From: Polyangia bacterium
GTDB lineage: Bacteria; Myxococcota_A; Polyangia; Fen-1088
Assembly (NCBI GenBank): GCA_036267635.1
Contig: DATAVR010000089.1
Span: forward strand, 65,034 to 129,033
Length of the DNA: 64,000 bases
Direction of reading: 5' to 3'
The position numbers and the translations under genes are program-made. Below are positions 1 to 7,319 of this stretch, one piece after another. Below the pieces are notes generated by a model. That model did not search any database. It was not told the origin of the DNA and was given only the letters and a program-made list of their open reading frames with translations. Every line of letters starts with the position of its first letter. Position 1 is the first letter of the stretch.

Positions 1-515
1 TGGCAGCGCGGGCCGTAGCTGCCGCCTTCGGGCAGAAAGACGAGGTACGGTTCCCAGACGCCGCCCGCCGCGCGGCAGGCCTTTTCGCGCACGCAGGCGG
101 CCGCGGAGATCGAGTTCGCGTCGGGGCGGCCGCAGATGCAAGGGTCAGGATTCTGGCTCGGGCAGCCGCCGCCATCGCTGCGTGCGTCGGCACCGCCGTC
201 GCGGGCGGCGGCGCCGCCTTGGCCCGCCGCGCCGCCGCCGCGGCCGCCGGCCGCGCCAGCGACTCCACCCGCTCCGCTCGAACCAGCGACTCCGCCCGCG
301 CCGGTCGAACCAGCGACTCCGGTCGCCCCGCCGCCACCGGCTTGGCCGCCGGCGCCGGCGCCACCGCCACCGCCACCGAGCCCCGCGGCGCCACCGCTCA
401 TGTCGGCCGGGCGATCGGTGCTGCTGCCGTCGGTTTTTGCAGTGCCGCCCGACGAGCCGCCGCAACCTCCGAGCGCGAAGGCGAGGAGACCCGCGGCGGC
501 GACGATCGATCTCAT
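1..515 (-). CDS. Secreted Gly-rich lipoprotein with Cys-containing C-terminal part (partial, runs off window)
   Basis: ATG at 515-513. The frame stays open to position 1, so it is absent from the ORF track. Reverse translation reads MRSIVAAAGLLAFALGGC (lipobox), then a G/A/S/T linker, then CPSQNPDPCICG...ACVREKAC. The 136..555(+) Pro-rich ORF is its antisense shadow. Confidence 0.5.
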   Translation of the reverse strand, partial: MRSIVAAAGLLAFALGGCGGSSGGTAKTDGSSTDRPADMSGGAAGLGGGGGGAGAGGQAGGGGATGVAGSTGAGGVAGSSGAGGVAGAAGGRGGGAAGQGGAAARDGGADARSDGGGCPSQNPDPCICGRPDANSISAAACVREKACRAAGGVWEPYLVFLPEGGSYGPRC

Positions 516-603
516 CGCGACACCCTTAGTCGATGGCACACCTTGCACGATATGACCCTGGACACATTTCGACCCAGTGGGGCGTGGTGCGACAATCGTG
601 GTC

Positions 604-1428
604 ATGAAGAGTGGCATCGTCTTCGTGCTGGCTCTGGCCGTCGGTGGCTGCAGGTCGAGCGCTGGGACGACCGACGGTGCCGGAGGGGAGGGTGGCACGG
701 CGCCCGGTGGCTCACAAGGCGGCGGGACCGGGTTGAACCCGAGCCTCGCGCCGGGCAGCAACTTCGATCTTTCGGTCTGGGAGCTCCAGGAACCGGTCGG
801 CTCGGCCGGTTCGCCGACGACAATCACGCCGGCCGGGCTCGCCGGCGGGTTTCACGACAGCTACTTCTTCACCGATCCGAAGGACGGCGCGATGACGTTC
901 TGGGATCCCGAGAACGGCGTCACCACCGCCGACTCCAGCTATCCCCGCACCGAGCTGCGCGAGATGAACGCCGACGGATCGCCGGCGAACTGGCCGGTGG
1001 CGGGGACCAACACGCTGTCGGCGACCGTCGCCGTCATCGAGGTCCCCGATCACGTCTGCATCGGACAAATTCACATCGGATCGGCGATTCAGGCGGGGCT
1101 GGCGGCGTCGACCAAGCCGCTCCTGGAGCTCTACTACGACGCGACCGGCGCCATCGCGCTCGGGATCGAGGATGACCCCACGGGCGGGCAGACGTCGCAC
1201 GCGATCGCCAGCGTTCCGCTCGGCACCCGATTCAGCTACACCCTACAGCTTACCGGCGACGGAACGATCACCCTGGTGATTGACGGCGCGACGAGCACGT
1301 TCACCCTGCCGGCGGCCTTCGACGGCTACGGCGAGTACTTCAAGGCGGGCGACTACGATCAGACCGCGGGCGCCGACGCGACGGTCGGCGCCACGGTGAA
1401 GCTCTACGCGCTCGCGGTTTCACACTGA
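604..1428 (+). CDS. Polysaccharide lyase family 7 (alginate lyase) lipoprotein
   Basis: MKSGIVFVLALAVGGC lipobox at the in-frame ATG 604. PL7 signature blocks are present: YPRTELRE, IGQIH and YFKAGDYDQ. Confidence 0.85.
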   Translation: MKSGIVFVLALAVGGCRSSAGTTDGAGGEGGTAPGGSQGGGTGLNPSLAPGSNFDLSVWELQEPVGSAGSPTTITPAGLAGGFHDSYFFTDPKDGAMTFWDPENGVTTADSSYPRTELREMNADGSPANWPVAGTNTLSATVAVIEVPDHVCIGQIHIGSAIQAGLAASTKPLLELYYDATGAIALGIEDDPTGGQTSHAIASVPLGTRFSYTLQLTGDGTITLVIDGATSTFTLPAAFDGYGEYFKAGDYDQTAGADATVGATVKLYALAVSH

Positions 1429-1463
1429 CCGCCGCTGCATCGGCCCAATCATTCAGCGGGTTT

Positions 1464-1479
1464 CCAGAAATGTTTCTGG
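1464..1479. promoter_or_regulatory. Palindrome CCAGAAA-TG-TTTCTGG abutting a TACTAT -10-like hexamer upstream of the kinase gene
   Basis: Perfect 7-bp inverted repeat with a 2-nt spacer in an AT-richer patch about 95 nt upstream of ATG 1572. TACTAT lies at 1480-1485. Confidence 0.3.
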
Positions 1480-1571
1480 TACTATGGCGGCGATCTGGTT
1501 GTCGGTGGCGATAAAGCCCCCAGCGTCCCGACAGCTCATTGAAAAGAGGCTGCCTTGAGGACTGACGGCTG

Positions 1572-3518
1572 ATGGAGGGACGGACGAGAACGCGTGGGGG
1601 CGCGTGGCTGGTGGCGCTCTCCTTCTTGGCGCTGACGGGCGCCACGGTGATCGTTTTCGCGCGCGCCGAGCGGGGGCGTGCCAGCGAGCGGCGCACCGAC
1701 GAAGCGCGCGCCGCGGCGCTTCGCGCAGCAGACGCTGTCCAGTCGCTGCTCGGCTCGCTGGAGGTCCAGATCCAGAACGGGACCGCCAACCCGCGGCTGG
1801 TCGCCGCGCTCGACGCCAAGGTCGACGCCGAGACGCTGCGCGATCTCCTGCTGACGGAGCCGTGGTGGGATTCGTTCCGCCGTTCTGTCGACGGGTTCGC
1901 CCTCTACGGTACCGACGTCCAGGCGCTCGTCGCTTCCCACCTGCCCGCCGGCTTCGACGCGCGAACCATCGTTCGCGAGGCGCGCCAGGCGGGTCGGGCC
2001 CGCTCCGGTCTGGCGGTCGCCGGGGGGCAGGTCTTGTTGGTCGCCGCCGATCCCATCGTACTGACCGGCCGCGCGGCGGAGCCGACCCTCGTCTCCATCC
2101 GCGCGCTCGACGCCGCTGCGCTGGCGGGCGTCGCGGAGCGCGCGGGCGGGGTGGTGGCGCTCTCGGACGGGCGCCAGCTGCTGGTCGTCTCGCCGTCGTC
2201 CAAGGCCGGCAGTCAAGGCGCGGCTGCACTCACCGAGGCGCTCGCACTGCCGGCGTCCGGCGTGGGGACCTTCGGGGGATACGCCGTCGCCGCGCGCGAT
2301 CTTTCGAGCGAGCTCGAGATCCTCGCCGAAGAGGCCGCTCCCGCCGGCGTCATGGGCGTGGGGAAGATCCCCAGCGGAGCGCTGGCGATCTTCGTCATCG
2401 GGGCCTTGCTCTCGGTGGGAAGCTTCACCGCACTGTCGGGGCGCCGGGGCCCCAAGGCCAAGAGGGCCAAGACTGCCAAGACTGCCAAGGCGGCGGGCGA
2501 CGCGCGGGGGGCGCCGGGCGCGCCTCCGATGGTCGGCCGCTATACGCTGGTCTCCCGGATCGGCGAGGGGGGGATGGCCGAGATCTACTCGGCGGTCACG
2601 ACAGGCGTCGGCACGTTCCGACGGCCGGTGGTGATCAAGCGGCTCAAGCCGGAGCTGGCCGCCGACCCGAACGCGGTGGCGCAGTTCCGCGACGAGGCGA
2701 ATCTGCTGGCGGCCTTCAACCACCCGAACATCGTCGCCGTGCACGACTTCGGCCGGTGGGAGAATCATTTCTTTCTGGCGGAGGAGTACGTCGCCGGACG
2801 GAATCTGGGGCGCGTCGTCGAGCAGTGCTTCGTGAGGACCGGTCGGCCGCCCGCGCTGGAGCTCATCGCCTACGTCGGGCGCGAGGTGCTGAAGGCGCTC
2901 GACTACGCGCACCGGATGGAGAACACCGAGGGGCGCCCGCTCAAGATCGTTCACCGCGACATCTCGCCGGAGAACGTGGTGGTGACCCCGCAGGGCGAGG
3001 TGAAGCTGCTCGACTTCGGGATCGTCAAGGCTGCCGAGGGGCGCGTCACCAAGACCGAGATCGGGATGGTGAAGGGGAACGTGTCGTTCATGGCGCCCGA
3101 GCAGGCGCGCGGGCTGGACGTCGACGGGCGCGCCGATCTGTACTCGCTGGCGCTGGTCCTCTACTACTGCTGCACGGGGCGCGCCCTCTATACGGCCGAC
3201 AACGTCTACGAACGGCTGATACAGGCCGCGACGGGGCCGGGGACGGCCGAGCGCGCGCTCATCCAGCGCCTCCCGCAGCCGTTCTCCACGGTGATCGCGC
3301 GGGCCACCGATCCGGATCTGGAGCGGCGCTACCGCGGCGCCCGGGAGATGGCGGCCGATCTCAAGAACTGGGCGCTCCACGGGGCGACCCCCACGGCGGT
3401 GCTGGTGAACGAGCTGTTCGGCGAGGAGCTCAAGGACGAGGCGCGCCGGCTGGCCACGTTCCCCACCATCGAATCGTCGCAGGAGCTGGTCAGCTATTCC
3501 TCGCACGACCGGCGTTAG
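1572..3518 (+). CDS. Receptor-type Ser/Thr protein kinase (N-terminal TM, ~230-aa extracytoplasmic domain, TM, C-terminal Hanks kinase domain)
   Basis: Kinase motifs: GEGGMAEIY G-loop, VVIKRLK, HRDISPENVVV, DFGIVKA and MAPEQ. Two hydrophobic segments: WLVALSFLALTGATVIVF and LAIFVIGALLSVGSF. Confidence 0.9.
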   Translation: MEGRTRTRGGAWLVALSFLALTGATVIVFARAERGRASERRTDEARAAALRAADAVQSLLGSLEVQIQNGTANPRLVAALDAKVDAETLRDLLLTEPWWDSFRRSVDGFALYGTDVQALVASHLPAGFDARTIVREARQAGRARSGLAVAGGQVLLVAADPIVLTGRAAEPTLVSIRALDAAALAGVAERAGGVVALSDGRQLLVVSPSSKAGSQGAAALTEALALPASGVGTFGGYAVAARDLSSELEILAEEAAPAGVMGVGKIPSGALAIFVIGALLSVGSFTALSGRRGPKAKRAKTAKTAKAAGDARGAPGAPPMVGRYTLVSRIGEGGMAEIYSAVTTGVGTFRRPVVIKRLKPELAADPNAVAQFRDEANLLAAFNHPNIVAVHDFGRWENHFFLAEEYVAGRNLGRVVEQCFVRTGRPPALELIAYVGREVLKALDYAHRMENTEGRPLKIVHRDISPENVVVTPQGEVKLLDFGIVKAAEGRVTKTEIGMVKGNVSFMAPEQARGLDVDGRADLYSLALVLYYCCTGRALYTADNVYERLIQAATGPGTAERALIQRLPQPFSTVIARATDPDLERRYRGAREMAADLKNWALHGATPTAVLVNELFGEELKDEARRLATFPTIESSQELVSYSSHDRR

Positions 3519-3548
3519 GGCGCCGGACCGGGATCGTAGGGTCGCTCC

Positions 3549-5129
3549 TCAGATTGCTTCGTGCGTGCCGAGGTGGCGCTCCAGCCGGCGGGCCAGCCGG
3601 GTGAACGGGTAGCCGAGCGCGAAGTAGAGCGCCGCGCAGAGCGCGCCGGGCAGGATCCAGCCGCGGTTGTCGACGGCGGTGATGGTCATGCGCTTGGTCA
3701 GCTCGACGACGGTGAGGACGGAGACGAGCGAGCTGTCCTTGAGCAGCGAGATGAAGTCGTTGGTCATCCCCGGCACCGCCAGCCGCAAGGCCTGCGGCAG
3801 GATGATCTCGCGAAAGGCGATCCGGCGGGGCGCGCCGACCGCCAGCGCCGCCTCCCACTGGGCGCGCGGCACCGAGGCGATCGCGGCGCGGTAGATCTCC
3901 GCCTCGTAGGCGGCGTAGTTGAGGCCGAGCCCGACGATGGCCGCGGTCCAGGGCCCGAGCGGCAACAGGCCGGCCAGACCGTAGTAGAGGAGATAGAGCT
4001 GCAGCAGGACCGGGGTGCCGCGGACGATCTCCACGTAGACCGCCGCCAGCGGGCGGAGGCGAGAGCTCTCGAGCCGCGCCAGCGCCAGTGCGAGCCCCAG
4101 CGGCGCGGCGATCGCCATCGCCCCGAGCGAGATCAGCAGGGTCACCAGCGCTCCCTCGACGAACAGGAGGAGCTGGTGTCCGGAGAGCGACCGGGGGGCC
4201 GGCGGGGCGGGCGGGGCGTCGACGGCAGGCGGAGCCGCGGCGCTGCCCAGCGCGGCGAGCATCTGCTGGCGATCGTCGTCGAGGCCCCAGCGCCCGAGCG
4301 TTCTCCGCCAGGCGCCCGAAGCGATCTGCTCGCCGAGCGCGCGGTCGAGCGCCGCGCGCAGATCGTCGTCGCCGGGACGGAGCGCGATCGCGTAGCGCCC
4401 CTCGGCCACGTCGGTGACCGCGGCGAGCGCCGGGTGCCGGCCCAGGTAGCGGGCCACGATGATGTCGTCGAGCAGCACGGCGTCGGTGCGGCCGTGCTCG
4501 AGATCGATGAGCTGTTCGTCGATCCCCTCGTAGGGGACAGCCTCGGCCCCCGCCGCGCGCAAGAGATCCCAGGCCTGGGTGTTGGCCAGCGTGCCGACCC
4601 GGAGGCCGCGCAGCGACGGCAGATCGCGGATGCGGGGATCGCCACGGCGGGCGACCAGCCGCTCCGCGAACAGGTAGTAGGGGCGGGTGAAGCTCACGCG
4701 CGCGGCGCGCGCCGGCGTCACCTCGACGCCGTTCAGGGCCACGTCGAACGTGCCTCGCTCGAGCGACGGGATCAGCGTCGACCAATCGTTCTGGACCATG
4801 CGCGCCCGCACGCCGAGCGCGCGCGCCAGCGTCTCCGCGAGGTCCACCTCGAACCCGACCAGCGCGCCGCCGCGCGCCGGATCTTCGTAGGCATACGGCT
4901 CGCCCCCCTGCTCGTCGGCGCCCCAGGTGAGCTCGCCGCGCGCCGCGATCCGCGCCAGCGCGCTGGTGGTTGGCTTCGTCGTTCCTGGAGCGCAACCCGC
5001 AGGAAGGAGCGCACCGAAGAGGGCGGTACCGATGATCGCCGTCGCGCGCAGGGACCCCCGCACCGACCCGCGCCTCGTCGGCCGCGCGCGGCGTTCACCT
5101 GGTTCCGGATTTCGTAACGACTCGACCAT
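3549..5129 (-). CDS. Amino-acid ABC transporter, fused substrate-binding (family 3) lipoprotein and permease
   Basis: LLPAGC lipobox. The SBP_bac_3-like N-terminal half reads GELTWGADEQGGEPYAYED. The C-terminal half looks like a His/Glu/Gln/Arg-type permease (EAALAVGAPRRIAFREIILPQAL). Confidence 0.85.
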   Translation of the reverse strand: MVESLRNPEPGERRARPTRRGSVRGSLRATAIIGTALFGALLPAGCAPGTTKPTTSALARIAARGELTWGADEQGGEPYAYEDPARGGALVGFEVDLAETLARALGVRARMVQNDWSTLIPSLERGTFDVALNGVEVTPARAARVSFTRPYYLFAERLVARRGDPRIRDLPSLRGLRVGTLANTQAWDLLRAAGAEAVPYEGIDEQLIDLEHGRTDAVLLDDIIVARYLGRHPALAAVTDVAEGRYAIALRPGDDDLRAALDRALGEQIASGAWRRTLGRWGLDDDRQQMLAALGSAAAPPAVDAPPAPPAPRSLSGHQLLLFVEGALVTLLISLGAMAIAAPLGLALALARLESSRLRPLAAVYVEIVRGTPVLLQLYLLYYGLAGLLPLGPWTAAIVGLGLNYAAYEAEIYRAAIASVPRAQWEAALAVGAPRRIAFREIILPQALRLAVPGMTNDFISLLKDSSLVSVLTVVELTKRMTITAVDNRGWILPGALCAALYFALGYPFTRLARRLERHLGTHEAI

Positions 5130-5203
5130 TGGACGTTACGGGAATTTCTTAGGGCGGGCCAAATATCTCAGGACCGCCGCGGGTTTGGTGGGCTCCCTGC
5201 GGT

Positions 5204-5218
5204 TGGCACGCGGGTTGT
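5204..5218 (+). promoter_or_regulatory. Sigma-54-like -24/-12 element TGGCACGcgggTTGT
   Basis: Matches TGGCACG-N4-TTGC with exact GG-to-G(C) spacing, but the -12 element reads GT rather than GC. It lies 7 nt before ATG 5225, so the transcript would be near-leaderless or use ATG 5237. Confidence 0.3.
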
Positions 5219-5224
5219 AAACGA

Positions 5225-5650
5225 ATGGTCGCCAAGATGTCAGACCGTGGCCCGCGCATCGCCGATCTCCCCGTGTGCAGCATTCCTGCTCTGCCCGCTC
5301 ACCTGTCGGTGACCGCGGGGCGAAAGGTCGCCGCCCTCAAGCAGGCGACCGCGCTGGCGGTCGAAATCGGAGGACGCCTGCTCGGCCTCGTCGACCTCTG
5401 GGCGCTCGCGGACGCCGACGGCGATGCCGAGCTCGGGGTGGTCGCGCGCCCGATCGATCTCGTGCTCTCCCCGACCACCTCGGCGCTGCGCGCGCGAGAG
5501 CTGTTCCTCGGTTCGGGCGCCACGGCGCTGCCGGTCGTGGCGGGCGCGTTTCTGCTCGGCATGGTCTCGCGCGCCGACGTCGAGCGCGCGCTGCGGGCCG
5601 CTCGTCTCCCGCGGCGGGCGCTCGACACCTCGCTGCGCAAGGTCGCTTGA
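5225..5650 (+). CDS. CBS-domain pair protein
   Basis: 141-aa ORF with high GC3. Two CBS-like halves are visible (LLGLVDLWAL..., LLGMVSRADVERAL). Confidence 0.6.
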   Translation: MVAKMSDRGPRIADLPVCSIPALPAHLSVTAGRKVAALKQATALAVEIGGRLLGLVDLWALADADGDAELGVVARPIDLVLSPTTSALRARELFLGSGATALPVVAGAFLLGMVSRADVERALRAARLPRRALDTSLRKVA

Positions 5651-5666
5651 GTGGCGGGCCACGGTA

Positions 5667-5682
5667 TCTCTTGTACAAGAGA
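5667..5682. promoter_or_regulatory. 16-bp perfect palindrome TCTCTTGTACAAGAGA followed by a T7 run
   Basis: AT-rich palindrome in ~70% GC DNA, directly after the CBS gene stop and before the response-regulator start. It could be a weak terminator or an operator. It shares the TTGTACAA core with the palindrome at 6215-6226. Confidence 0.4.
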
Positions 5683-5737
5683 CGTAATTTTTTTCTCCGC
5701 GCGCGATCGAGACCGCGACGGTGCTACGCTCACCGGC

Positions 5738-6136
5738 GTGACGCGCGAGGAGACGACGAGCAGTTCGCCGGGTGGTTTGCGCATCGTGATCATCGACGAC
5801 AACGAGGACGTCGCCGAGTCACTGAAGGAGCTGTTGGAGGACACCGGGCACCGGGTCTGGTCGGCGCACACCGGGCTGGACGGCGTCAGTCTCGTCGCGG
5901 AGGTGCATCCCGACGTGGTGCTGTGCGATCTCGGGCTGCCTCACATCGGTGGGGTGGAGATCTGCCGCCGGATTCGCGCGCTCCCCATCGCGGTCCGCCC
6001 CCTCATGGTCGCCGTCACCGGCTGGGGCCGCGAAGAGGATCATCGCCAGACGCGCGAAGCGGGATTCGATCATCATCTCGTCAAGCCGCTCGGGGCCGAC
6101 AGCCTGGACCGGGTCCTGCGCACCGTCACGGTCTGA
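5738..6136 (+). CDS. Stand-alone response regulator receiver domain
   Basis: LRIVIIDDNEDV...VVLCDLGLPHIGG...VAVTGW...KP receiver motifs. I prefer the GTG at 5738 over the track start at 5651, which would span the palindrome and T-run. Confidence 0.8.
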   Translation: MTREETTSSSPGGLRIVIIDDNEDVAESLKELLEDTGHRVWSAHTGLDGVSLVAEVHPDVVLCDLGLPHIGGVEICRRIRALPIAVRPLMVAVTGWGREEDHRQTREAGFDHHLVKPLGADSLDRVLRTVTV

Positions 6137-6214
6137 GCGTCACCGCCTGATCGTCGCTCGCGCCTCGTCGGCGTTGCTGGCCAGCGGCGTGTCCGTCGAT
6201 CCGCCGGCCGATAT

Positions 6215-6226
6215 TGTTGTACAACA
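6215..6226. promoter_or_regulatory. 12-bp perfect palindrome TGTTGTACAACA upstream of the XRE gene
   Basis: Lies 47 nt upstream of ATG 6273. Same TTGTACAA core as the palindrome at 5667-5682. Confidence 0.4.
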
Positions 6227-6272
6227 TCGAGGGTCCACGCTACCTTCATTCCGGCACGAGATCTCCTCGACG

Positions 6273-6533
6273 ATGAAGCTGGACAGGAAGCGCATCAGGG
6301 CTCCGAAGAAGGACGAGCAGGTGATGAACCTGCAGCAGCTTCGAGAGCACGTCCGGAAGACCCAGGGCGACGTCGCACGGAGGGCTTCGGTCAGCCAGCC
6401 GCAGCTGTCGCGTATCGAAGGGCGCCGCGACCATCTGGTCTCCACGTTGCGCAAGTACGTCCGGGCGCTGGGCGGTGACGTGGCCGTCGTCGCCGAGATC
6501 GGCGTCGAGCGGATCGTGCTCCGCGACGTCTAG
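6273..6533 (+). CDS. XRE-family HTH protein of the antitoxin-like type
   Basis: HTH segment QGDVARRASVSQPQLSRIEGRR, followed by LSTLRKYVRALGGDVAVVAEI, which is typical of HigA-like antitoxins. The start could instead be ATG 6324. Confidence 0.7.
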   Translation: MKLDRKRIRAPKKDEQVMNLQQLREHVRKTQGDVARRASVSQPQLSRIEGRRDHLVSTLRKYVRALGGDVAVVAEIGVERIVLRDV

Positions 6534-6637
6534 CGCGTGCCGCGACCCTATGCTGTTAAGGGTATATTCCCTTGACGGCTTGGAGAAGACCCGACTAACC
6601 TCAGACGCATGGATGCGAGCGCGTCCCCGTGCTCGGC

Positions 6638-6844
6638 ATGAAGACGATGGACGCATCGCGGGTTCGCGGCTCCTTCGCCAGTGTCCTCGACGGCGTACGT
6701 GAGAGGGCAGAGACCGTGGTGGTCGTCCGCTACGGCCGACCGGTCGCCGCTTTGGTCCCCCTCGATCGTCTGACGCCGCGGGAGCTGCTGGCGATCGAAC
6801 ACGACAACCGGCGCAGCGGCAAAGAAAACGACGCCGTCGGGTAG
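6638..6844 (+). CDS. Phd/YefM-family antitoxin-like protein (no adjacent toxin)
   Basis: MKTMDASRVRGSFASVLDGVRERAETVVVVRYGRPVAALVPLDRL fits the Phd/YefM N-terminal fold pattern. Confidence 0.6.
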   Translation: MKTMDASRVRGSFASVLDGVRERAETVVVVRYGRPVAALVPLDRLTPRELLAIEHDNRRSGKENDAVG

Positions 6845-6862
6845 CGAGCCCTGGGGCCGCCG

Positions 6863-7108
6863 CTATTTGTGGGCTCTGCTGGGCTTGCCCAGGTGCGCTC
6901 GCGGCTCCTTGCCGTCGCCGCCGTGTGCGGGTGCCCGCTCCGCCCGCGACTTCTGGCAATCCTCGAGCTCGGCGAGATCCTTCTTGGGGATGATCACGGC
7001 CACCGTCTTGTTGTAGCGGGTCAGCTTGATCCGTTCGCCCGCCTCGGAGCTGCGGAGGATGGACGCAAAGTCTTTGCGCGCCATTGCGGTCGGCAGTCGC
7101 TGGGTCAT
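6863..7108 (-). CDS. Phd/YefM-family antitoxin-like protein with basic C-terminal tail (no adjacent toxin)
   Basis: In-frame ATG at 7108. MTQRLPTAMARKDFASILRSSEAGERIKLTRYNKTVAVIIPKKDLAELED. The longer 241-aa track ORF is an upstream extension. Confidence 0.6.
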   Translation of the reverse strand: MTQRLPTAMARKDFASILRSSEAGERIKLTRYNKTVAVIIPKKDLAELEDCQKSRAERAPAHGGDGKEPRAHLGKPSRAHK

Positions 7109-7144
7109 CTCTCGCTCCTTTTTGTCGCGTAGGCTGTGCACAGC

Positions 7145-7169
7145 ATCGAATGCACCGAATCGAGTGCAC
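7145..7169. promoter_or_regulatory. Direct repeats ATCGAATGCAC / ATCGAGTGCAC (14-bp period), flanked by a GTGCAC at 7136-7141
   Basis: Located 37-61 nt upstream of the minus-strand antitoxin start. Repeated half-sites are typical of autoregulated antitoxin promoters. Confidence 0.35.
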
Positions 7170-7222
7170 GGCCCGTACCGCGCCTGGGATACGTGAGGCT
7201 CGGCCTTTGCCCCAGTGATGGG

Positions 7223-7255
7223 ACCGTTTGGTAGCGCTGCCGCCCACCAAACGGT
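7223..7255. other. Stem-loop ACCGTTTGGT-N13-ACCAAACGGT (10-bp perfect stem)
   Basis: Sits in the divergent intergenic region 65 nt upstream of ATG 7320. No terminator role is obvious there. Confidence 0.35.
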
Positions 7256-7319
7256 AACGCTGCAGCGCCCGCTGTCGATCGGACCACGTCTGTTCCGGTG
7301 TGGCGCCCGTAGATCCGAC

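Noticed and set aside
136-555. Pro-rich ORFs (PAPPPP...) at the window start, and similar Pro-rich ORFs at 20470..21024, 23554..24378 and 25359..26276.
   Set aside because: They are the reverse-complement reading of Gly-rich (GGN) linker regions in lipoprotein genes that have proper signal peptides on the opposite strand.
1536-3506. 656-aa minus-strand ORF, and similar giants at 12972..14828(-), 16066..18399(-), 18086..20284(-), 35807..38284(+), 39574..42111(+), 42647..44650(-), 45810..47291(-) and 49581..51509(-).
   Set aside because: Each lies antisense or out of frame to a gene with clear family motifs. The translations are Arg/Pro/Gly/Ala-rich low-complexity strings with no motifs. Long stop-free shadow frames are expected at ~70% GC.
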